From Pseudomonadota bacterium (GTDB lineage: Bacteria; Myxococcota_A; Bradymonadia; UBA4248): a DNA stretch of 46,311 nucleotides. Shown here in pieces: positions 8,737-16,029 of the stretch. The stretch is from NCBI GenBank assembly GCA_017421975.1, contig JAFOHE010000022.1, positions 1-46,311 on the forward strand, written 5' to 3'. The notes under the pieces are model-generated. The model was given only the letters and a program-made list of their open reading frames with translations, searched no databases and had not been told where the DNA came from. Position numbers and translations under genes: made by a program. The stretch's first letter is position 1. Each line of letters begins with the position of its first letter.

Positions 8737-11043
8737 ATGAGAAAATCGATTTTTATCCTTATAAGTATCACGATTGCAGCGAGCCTTTTTGGGTGTATTG
8801 ATAAAGATGATAATTTGAACGTTCCAGAAGATGAAATATGCAAAGAAGGTACGCTCAAAGCAGGGCGGGCCAAAGGCCACTGTGGTTGCGACACGGAAGA
8901 CGTGATTAATATGCTGACAGGCCGATATACATGTGATGAGACGGATCCCAATGATCAGGAACGCGTCGATCTTTGTCCGAACGATCCAGATAAAATCGAG
9001 CCTGGTATTTGTGGATGCGGATTAAGTGATGCGCCAAATGATAAAGGTGAAATCTGGTGTTCTTCGCTTGACCTCTGTCCGTTGGATGAGCAAAAAGTCA
9101 GGCCTGGCGTGTGCGGATGTGGTGTCTCCGATGAGATTAATCCTCAGACAGGTCTTTATATTTGTCTTGAAAACAACGTCGATCTTTGCCCGGAAAATCC
9201 CGACAAAAAGACGCCTGGCATTTGTGGATGTGACGAATCGGACGATGTGTATGATCCGGAGCTTGCCGGAACGCTTTTTGAGAGTGTACCGATCTGTCTC
9301 ACCCGTGATCTCGATATGTGCCCCCATGATGCCAATAAAACGCGTCCAGGCAAATGTGGTTGTGGTGTGTCCGATGTCGATACAGATGGTGATGGCTATC
9401 TCGATTGCGTTGATGCCTGTCCAAACGACAAAAATAAATGGGAAGATGAAGGCGTGTGCGGTTGTGGTCTTGTAGACAGCGATGTGAATCTCTCCGATGA
9501 TGACGGCGACGGCGTGCCGAATTGCATCGATATCTGTCCAAACAACGTCTATAAATCGTTCAATACGAAAAACGTCCCACACACCAATGGTAAATACAGT
9601 GAGGATGTTGAAAAATGTGTCCTTGAAGATGGCACGCCGGATTGTGCGCGCATCTATACCGTCTATGAAACGAAGCCACTTTGTGCGCTCATCATTGATA
9701 CACCAGAAGCGCTTATTGAACTTCGTGATGCCTGGAACAATGGTGAGTATGAGCATGTGACGCCGGAACGGGCTTCCTTTATCCTCAAGGAAGATATTGA
9801 TATTGGCGACAACATTCCGATGCTTGAAGACTGGTTTGGCATCGGAACAGAGACGTATCCTTTCTTTGGTATTTTCCTTGGTGAAAAGCATAAGGTATCT
9901 GCTACAACGGGTGGTACTTCACTCGTCTTAGGCAGTTCTGAAACGGATGCTGTTGGTTTGTTTTCCGTCATTCGAGGTGGGGAGACGCCAGCTGTCATTG
10001 ACAATCTTCAAGTTGATCTTTCTTTTACGGGGCATGATCACGTCGGTATTCTTGCGGGTAAAGCTGAGAATGTTTCCATTAAGCACATCAGCGTGACTGG
10101 CAGTGTATCGGGGGAAAGCAACATCGGTGGTCTTGTCGGTTTTGTGTCCCGTGGTATGCTCGAAAATGTCTCAGCCAATGCGACCGTGAGTGGAAACGTC
10201 AACGCTATTGGCGGTCTTATCGGCATGCTTTCTGGTTCCGTCGTGTCTCATGCCTTTGTTTCGGGCAATTCGGTTAATATTTCAAGCCGTGAATTGGCGA
10301 CTGAAACGGGTGGCTTTGTCGGTGTCATGGCAGATGCTTCTAGCATCAGCAATGCATATTCGAGTGGTAACGTATCAGGATATGCCTATACCGGTGGTTT
10401 TGTTGGAGCCATCAAAGGTGCGTCAACGCTTATCAATGCGTATGCTTTTGCCTCCGTAACCTGTCAGTCTTCGCCCTGCGCAGGCATGGTGGCGACGATT
10501 ATGGAGGAATCGACGCTCAATAATGTTTATGCGACCAATTATGTGGTCAACAGTATTGTCGAAGACACCTCTGGTTCGACAGAGGGAGAACCAGATGGTG
10601 GAGGTGCTGATGGTAACAATGAAGGTAGTGAGCCATCTTCGGATGATCCGACACCAGGTGAAGGCAATGGCAGCGACGATGGCGGACACCCGCAGACGGA
10701 GCCTACCGATATCTGTGATACGGAACCCATCACAGGGCTTATTGCCGAAGTGTGCGGTGAAAATACCATCGTCAATTTTTATGCATGGACTGATGCTTAT
10801 GAAGTAAGCGTACCGGAAAGTCTTCATGACAAATTGCAAAAATTCAGTTTTAAGAATCTCATTGCCACACTTGAAAATGGCAGTTATCTTAAAACGCAGC
10901 TTAACAAAAATATTAATTGTGACAGCAAAGGAATATGTATTCTTGATGACGTGACATACGAACCATGGAATCAAATTCAATTTCGATTAAATAATATGTC
11001 ATTATCTATTCCTGCATTTACATCATTGAAAACGACATATTAG
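8737..11043 (+). CDS. Large lipoprotein with Cys-rich thrombospondin type 3-like repeats and a GLUG-motif beta-helix region (track start 8725)
   Basis: Lipobox LFGC; five DxCPxDxxKxxPGxCGC-type repeats; DTDGDG and DDDGDGVPN Ca-binding motifs; repeated GGLVG/GGLIG/GGFVG. Confidence 0.85.
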   Translation: MRKSIFILISITIAASLFGCIDKDDNLNVPEDEICKEGTLKAGRAKGHCGCDTEDVINMLTGRYTCDETDPNDQERVDLCPNDPDKIEPGICGCGLSDAPNDKGEIWCSSLDLCPLDEQKVRPGVCGCGVSDEINPQTGLYICLENNVDLCPENPDKKTPGICGCDESDDVYDPELAGTLFESVPICLTRDLDMCPHDANKTRPGKCGCGVSDVDTDGDGYLDCVDACPNDKNKWEDEGVCGCGLVDSDVNLSDDDGDGVPNCIDICPNNVYKSFNTKNVPHTNGKYSEDVEKCVLEDGTPDCARIYTVYETKPLCALIIDTPEALIELRDAWNNGEYEHVTPERASFILKEDIDIGDNIPMLEDWFGIGTETYPFFGIFLGEKHKVSATTGGTSLVLGSSETDAVGLFSVIRGGETPAVIDNLQVDLSFTGHDHVGILAGKAENVSIKHISVTGSVSGESNIGGLVGFVSRGMLENVSANATVSGNVNAIGGLIGMLSGSVVSHAFVSGNSVNISSRELATETGGFVGVMADASSISNAYSSGNVSGYAYTGGFVGAIKGASTLINAYAFASVTCQSSPCAGMVATIMEESTLNNVYATNYVVNSIVEDTSGSTEGEPDGGGADGNNEGSEPSSDDPTPGEGNGSDDGGHPQTEPTDICDTEPITGLIAEVCGENTIVNFYAWTDAYEVSVPESLHDKLQKFSFKNLIATLENGSYLKTQLNKNINCDSKGICILDDVTYEPWNQIQFRLNNMSLSIPAFTSLKTTY

Positions 11044-11210
11044 TGGTCAGTGGTCAGTAGTCAGTGGTCAGTGGTCAGTGGTCAGTAGTAGGGGCGTGGT
11101 CTAAGACCCGCCCCGATTTGGTAGTCAGTAGTCAGTGGTCAGTGGTCAGTAGTCAGTAGTCAGTGGTCAGTGGTTAGTAGCAATCCGTAGGTGTGGTCTT
11201 TGAGCCGCCT
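11042..11210 (+). repeat. Two AGTRGTC heptamer arrays, each followed by a GTAG-type REP-like unit
   Basis: 7 units at 11042-11090 and about 9 units at 11120-11182. Hairpin GTA-GGGGCG(t)GGTC-taa-GACC-CGCCCC at 11088-11114; degenerate copy at 11187-11210. Confidence 0.88.
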
Positions 11211-11250
11211 CTGGGTGAGAGCTGCTATATTATATTAATTTTGTAATAAC

Positions 11251-11329
11251 GGTGTTAAATGCGTTTATATTTAGATTGAAGGTGTTAAATGCGTTTATAT
11301 TTAGATTGAAGGTGTTAAATGTATTTATA
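11251..11329. repeat. 30-bp tandem repeat, about 2.6 copies
   Basis: GGTGTTAAATGCGTTTATATTTAGATTGAA exact at 11251 and 11281, partial at 11311. Confidence 0.9.
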
Positions 11330-11467
11330 CTGAAATAACAGAATAGCATGGTTTCCGTGGAGACATAACATATTATGATATAGTATGTGTATGATGGTGG
11401 ATTTGTTTTTGGCAAACGCGAGAAGGCTAAAGCACGCGGTTATGGCGGGGCAACCTGATTATGGTTA

Positions 11468-11549
11468 CGGCGGCGTATTTTTGGTTAACCAAAAATAGCC
11501 GCCGGCGTGCCGCGTATTTGTCTGCCAAGTATGGCAGACAAATAGCGGT
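11468..11549. repeat. Two adjacent long hairpins, each with one extrahelical G
   Basis: CGGCGGC[G]TATTTTTGGTT/AACCAAAAATAGCCGCCG (11468-11504) and GCCGC[G]TATTTGTCTGCCA-agta-TGGCAGACAAATAGCGGT (11509-11549). Confidence 0.88.
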
Positions 11550-11561
11550 CGCAAATAAAAA

Positions 11562-11578
11562 TTGGCACTTTATTTGCA
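11562..11578 (+). promoter_or_regulatory. Sigma54 (-24/-12) promoter
   Basis: TTGGCAC-TTTAT-TTGCA with canonical GG-N10-GC spacing, about 60 nt upstream of ATG 11638. Confidence 0.75.
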
Positions 11579-11637
11579 TGATATGAATTGGACTTAGGAA
11601 GTCTCGTGTAGGCTTTTTGCACAGATGGAGTGTCGTT

Positions 11638-12366
11638 ATGCACAAGATACAAAAGATATGGATTGCACTTTTAGGTTGTATGTCGCTCGTATTATTGAGT
11701 TCGGTGCCAGCATACGCGGAGCCGCATCGTCCGCCTGATGGTGGAGGCTATCATTACGATTCGGGTCGAGGTCATCATAATCCGCCACCGCCTAAAAAAG
11801 GCCGTGTTCACCATGATAATGGTGGTGCAGCCGTGGCCGTTGCAGCTGGGGCAGTAGCAGTCGCTGTGTTGGCAGATGCCGCGCTGAATACAGCAGCTCC
11901 AGTAGATGATGTTTATGTGTTTGGTGTCGGTGTGCGAGGTTTTGGCAACGCAGTCACGGATATGCGGACGGGCGGAGGCATTGGTGCTTATGTTTGGGTG
12001 CGGCCGATTCGCTGGATTTCAGTCGAGGCTTATTCGGATTTGGTATTTAATGAGCGTCGATGTTATGGCAGAGATGAGGGGTATCTTCGCATACCATTTT
12101 ATGTAGGGCTTCGCGCTCATGTGTTTGATTATAGTGCCTTTGATTTGTATGGAGCCGTTGCGGGTGGTGTGAATTTCCAGTATGGTCATGACGATCAGGA
12201 AGGTTTTGGCGGAGGTATGCATATCGGAGGCGGTGTCTCTTTTAAGGCAAGCAAATTCGATATTGGTTTTGATATTCGCTATACGGTAGAATCGAATGAC
12301 CTTGATTTTGACCGTTCAGTGATTCATGGTTGCACATTTGCATTGACCATGGGTTTGGCCGTATAA
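11638..12366 (+). CDS. Secreted protein, probable small outer-membrane beta-barrel with a His/Pro-rich N-terminus (track start 11617)
   Basis: RBS GGAG; signal peptide ending AYA; alternating Gly/aromatic beta-strands. Confidence 0.7.
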   Translation: MHKIQKIWIALLGCMSLVLLSSVPAYAEPHRPPDGGGYHYDSGRGHHNPPPPKKGRVHHDNGGAAVAVAAGAVAVAVLADAALNTAAPVDDVYVFGVGVRGFGNAVTDMRTGGGIGAYVWVRPIRWISVEAYSDLVFNERRCYGRDEGYLRIPFYVGLRAHVFDYSAFDLYGAVAGGVNFQYGHDDQEGFGGGMHIGGGVSFKASKFDIGFDIRYTVESNDLDFDRSVIHGCTFALTMGLAV

Positions 12367-12393
12367 ATTGTGTGACAAGAAAGTAACAACATG

Positions 12394-12416
12394 GCCGCCT
12401 GCAAGGGCGGTTTTTT
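12394..12416 (+). terminator. Intrinsic terminator
   Basis: GCCGCCT-GCAA-GGGCGGT followed by a T run. Confidence 0.75.
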
Positions 12417-12430
12417 AATGGAGATTGTAA

Positions 12431-12907
12431 ATGCCAATAACGACGGGAACTGGCGATGATGGTCAGACGACCTGGCGTAATGTACGTGTACTCAAAACAT
12501 CGAAGGAAATCGTGTTTTTGGGTTTGATGGATCGCGCCATCGCGGAGATCGCGCAGGCGCGCGTTTTGGCGCGAGCTGTATCTCAGGAATCCGTGTCGTG
12601 TGATTTGAAACAGATCTCGTCAGCCTTGGGCGACATTTGTGCCATCACAGCGGCGGATGCCGAACGGGATTTGATATCAGTCGTGGTATGGGCAACCAAA
12701 AAAACGCTTGGCAAAAGCATGACAGAATTTGTGGATTTTGGAGCGATGTCGCCGCTTGCCGCAGCGATTAATCTGGCGCGGACATCTGTGCGTCTGGCGG
12801 AATCGCATTTACCGGATGCGTCTGATGAGCAGAATCCGTTGATTCGGCCACTCATGAATCGATTATCGGACGTTTTATTTGTATTGGCCTGTGAATGTGG
12901 CAAATAG
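12431..12907 (+). CDS. PduO-type ATP:cob(I)alamin adenosyltransferase, short and divergent
   Basis: ITTGTGDDGQT; ARTSVRLAES; MNRLSDVLFVLA. Confidence 0.8.
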   Translation: MPITTGTGDDGQTTWRNVRVLKTSKEIVFLGLMDRAIAEIAQARVLARAVSQESVSCDLKQISSALGDICAITAADAERDLISVVVWATKKTLGKSMTEFVDFGAMSPLAAAINLARTSVRLAESHLPDASDEQNPLIRPLMNRLSDVLFVLACECGK

Positions 12908-13061
12908 TCAGCCAATCTTAGACACCACAGGGATGCGTTGTGGTGTCAGAGATTGATGTCATCAGTGCCGTTAAAGTCGTGGTAACAAGCCGAAACGATA
13001 AGGAATCACGAAACTTAGCGTTTGCGTGTTTAATTAGGGCATTGGGCGGATGCAAAAGACC

Positions 13062-14195
13062 TTATTTGCAGGACATGGGGGAACCGCCGTTCAGTCCGCA
13101 ACGTTTTTGCATATTGTTTTTCCATTTTTTTCCATAGATGTCGCTTAGGACTTTCGAAATGGTTTTGTTAGCCCACATCCCGCGTTTTGCGTTTTGTGCT
13201 TCGCCGAGAGCCGAGCAAATGCCGGAAATTTTAGAAGTGGTGCAGTAGTAGTCGGTATTTGCGAGGGCGTATCCTGCGCGCGTGATTTCAGTAGAGAAAT
13301 CGAGCCAAGTGCCATCTTTTTGATAAGAGATGTAGACGAGGCGTCTGCTTTCGGTATCGTCAATTTCGCACCCGCCGTCTTTGTCGTTTCTGTCGCATGA
13401 GATTTTGACTTTTGCGCCTTCAGGCAAAAGTTCGGAGGCTTTTTGCCATGCTTCGTAGCCGAAGGGATCGTTTGTGACCCAGTCGCCATCGGCATTTTGA
13501 TAATGGCCAGTGCGAGAGGATTGCACGCAAGTATAGTAATGATCGGAGCCTTGTTTTTTTTCACATTCAGGGCAATCGATGCCATGGAGACGCACGCTGT
13601 AATCTGCGCTGAGGCAACCATCGTGTGCGAAACGCAGTCGGACAGTGTCACCGTCCGTCACTTTGATGACGGTTGCTTCATCGCCGTTTTTCGGTATGCA
13701 TGCGGGGATATCTTCAGCATGACATTCAGCTTCAATGCAATAGGGTGTATTACCAGAACAAGATCTAACTTGTTTGAGGAGCGGGCAACCATTTTCGTTT
13801 GTGCCACACTGCATGATTTTGCCATATTGTCGTCCATTGCAGACGGGGTCATCGCCGAGGGTACAACTTGTGAATGTTTCGCATGGGTCTTTGCAAACGC
13901 CGGTTTCGATGCAGTAGTGAGCGTTAATACATTCGCTTTCACTCAAAGCAGCACAATCACATTTTGTCTGACATTCCTCAGATTTGCATCGTTCAAGATT
14001 GGAGAGATCCTTACAAGGATCGATTTCTTCGCACCATTCAATTTTGCAAAGGTTGAGGTTAATTTTGCAGTCATCGCCGAGGGATTGGCAAAATGCTTTG
14101 TCTTTATCGTCAGTAGGTTCGTCGCATGCCGTGAGCGAAAGAGAGAGAAGTGCAAACGCTGAGAAGCAAGCAAAGCAGTAAGAGGTTAAACGCAT
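13062..14195 (-). CDS. Thermonuclease (SNase) family lipoprotein with a Cys-rich N-terminal region (track start 14228)
   Basis: Lipobox LTAC; VIKVTDGDT; VRLHGIDCPE; AQNAKRGMW. Confidence 0.88.
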   Translation of the reverse strand: MRLTSYCFACFSAFALLSLSLTACDEPTDDKDKAFCQSLGDDCKINLNLCKIEWCEEIDPCKDLSNLERCKSEECQTKCDCAALSESECINAHYCIETGVCKDPCETFTSCTLGDDPVCNGRQYGKIMQCGTNENGCPLLKQVRSCSGNTPYCIEAECHAEDIPACIPKNGDEATVIKVTDGDTVRLRFAHDGCLSADYSVRLHGIDCPECEKKQGSDHYYTCVQSSRTGHYQNADGDWVTNDPFGYEAWQKASELLPEGAKVKISCDRNDKDGGCEIDDTESRRLVYISYQKDGTWLDFSTEITRAGYALANTDYYCTTSKISGICSALGEAQNAKRGMWANKTISKVLSDIYGKKWKNNMQKRCGLNGGSPMSCK

Positions 14196-14380
14196 GATAT
14201 TACTCCATCTAAAAGTGCATCCATACAAGCACGGGGCACTTTCTAATGACGAAGGTAACGTGATTCAAGCGAAAAGGCGGAAAAAATACAGATACGATAT
14301 TGGATTGTGACACTATACATCATTCCAAAAGTGTGTTAGATTAAACTTTTGTCTGATTTATCGAATGAAAGGATAGACAC

Positions 14381-15496
14381 ATGAAATGGATTCAGCTTTC
14401 ACGCCTTCAAACCGAATCATGGTCAGACCCACGCGTTCTGATTGTTTTTTCGACGCAGCCGTATGAAGCCCTGCCCGTGGCGTCACTTCGAGCGACTTTT
14501 CCCAGGCTTCAGATCATGGGGATGAGTTCCCATCATGGTGTATTTACGCCTGAAGGGTTCAAGCGAGGCTCGTTTGGGCTTTTGTTTGAGGGAGCAGAAG
14601 GCGAGAAGATACATGCTCAGCTGATTACGTTTGATGAAGCGGATGCCATCCGTTCAAAAGTGTCATTGGCTGTATCTGCGATGCCACCGCTTGGCACAGA
14701 ACGCAAATTCATAATGTATGGCATTTGTGGTATTGAAGAGCGCGTGATTGAAGGCATCAAGGATGTCTTAGGTGAAAATGCCAATGTACTTGGTGCCACG
14801 GCTGGGTATGATCTTTTTCTTGATGGTCCGTACGTTTTCATTAATGAAGACGTCACATCACGCGGTGTGCTATTTGCAGAAACTGAGCTTTCGGAATATC
14901 GGACGATCAACACAATGGCTGGTTATTTGCCGTCAGAGAAACGCGGCATTGTGACGCGTTCAGAAGACCGTCTTCTGTATGAGATCAACCATTTACCGGC
15001 ACCAGAAGTTTTTGATGCATGGACGGATGGCATGTTTTCTCCCTACCTTGATCACGATTGTCTTTTACCGCGTTCGGCGGGCAAATTTCCCATTGGCCGC
15101 ATTTACAATGGAAACCATGAGTTTGGAATATGGCTCACGCATGTTTACGGTGTCCAGGGGGATGCGCTCATGCTCTATTCGGAGATTGGCGAGGGCACAG
15201 AGATTTGCATGACACGTGGTTCGACGAAAGAGATTCTGGATAATCTGAAATGTGCAATTGACAAGACTTTTCACAGGGTTGAGCGCAGCCGCGTTATCGG
15301 TGTATTTTTGTATTTTTGTGCTGGTTGCACAAATCTCGTGGCTGAGAGCATAGAACAATTGAGTATGGCTATTTGTGAATCGCTTGAAGGGATTCCGTTT
15401 ATCGGTGCATCGACGATGGGGGAACAGGGCTGTCTTGAACATCAACCGCTTCAGCATGGAAACATGATGATCGGCATGACGCTTATAATGAAGTAG
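14381..15496 (+). CDS. Stand-alone FIST (FIST_N/FIST_C) signal transduction protein
   Basis: GMSSHHGVFT; GATAG; LYEINHLPA; FCAGC; GASTMGEQG; HGNMMI. Confidence 0.85.
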   Translation: MKWIQLSRLQTESWSDPRVLIVFSTQPYEALPVASLRATFPRLQIMGMSSHHGVFTPEGFKRGSFGLLFEGAEGEKIHAQLITFDEADAIRSKVSLAVSAMPPLGTERKFIMYGICGIEERVIEGIKDVLGENANVLGATAGYDLFLDGPYVFINEDVTSRGVLFAETELSEYRTINTMAGYLPSEKRGIVTRSEDRLLYEINHLPAPEVFDAWTDGMFSPYLDHDCLLPRSAGKFPIGRIYNGNHEFGIWLTHVYGVQGDALMLYSEIGEGTEICMTRGSTKEILDNLKCAIDKTFHRVERSRVIGVFLYFCAGCTNLVAESIEQLSMAICESLEGIPFIGASTMGEQGCLEHQPLQHGNMMIGMTLIMK

Positions 15497-15528
15497 CAGC
15501 CGCACCATGCATGGTTTTCAAAAAACGT

Positions 15529-15556
15529 AAAAAGCCGCACAGCGTGCGGCTTTTTT
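15529..15556. terminator. Bidirectional intrinsic terminator
   Basis: AAAAAGCCGCAC-agc-GTGCGGCTTTTTT between the convergent FIST gene and rpiB. Confidence 0.88.
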
Positions 15557-15558
15557 GA

Positions 15559-16020
15559 TTAAAGGAGCCCTCGTTCGATATCGAGGATTTTTCGGACACG
15601 CCGTTCGTGCCGTCCACCATCAAAATCAGTTTCCATGAAGCGTTTGAGGGCTTCGATGGCAATAACGGGGCCGGTCGTGGCTGCACCAAAGCAGATGATG
15701 TTGGCGTCGTTGTGTCGCCGTGTCATTTCTGCTTCGAAAATGTGGTGTACAAGTGCGGCACGAATGCCTGGAACTTTGTTTGCGGAGATGGAGATACCGA
15801 TTCCTGTACTGCAGACGAGGACGCCGGCAATGGCTTTGTGGTCAGCCACAGCGTGGGCGACGGCAGCACCGAAATCAGGATAATCGCAGGAATCGGTGTT
15901 GTGCGTGCCTTTGTCATCGACGACGTATCCCATATCAGCAAGACATTGCTTGAGTTGTTCTTTGAGTGCGTAACCTGCGTGGTCACTGCCAATGGCAATG
16001 GTAGAACCTGTTGGAAACAT
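15559..16020 (-). CDS. rpiB: Ribose-5-phosphate isomerase B
   Basis: GSDHAG; DYPD; CSTGIG; ANKVPGIRAAL; RRHNDAN; FDGGRHERRV. Confidence 0.97.
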   Translation of the reverse strand: MFPTGSTIAIGSDHAGYALKEQLKQCLADMGYVVDDKGTHNTDSCDYPDFGAAVAHAVADHKAIAGVLVCSTGIGISISANKVPGIRAALVHHIFEAEMTRRHNDANIICFGAATTGPVIAIEALKRFMETDFDGGRHERRVRKILDIERGLL

Positions 16021-16029
16021 TTGAGCTCC

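Noticed and set aside
11251-11329. 30-bp repeat containing ATTGAA as a CRISPR array
   Set aside because: The units are head-to-tail with no spacers, and there are no cas genes.
11468-11549. Bulged hairpins as canonical integron attC sites
   Set aside because: There are no paired RYYYAAC/GTTRRRY R-boxes, no cassette array and no integrase. Only the extrahelical-base logic is analogous.
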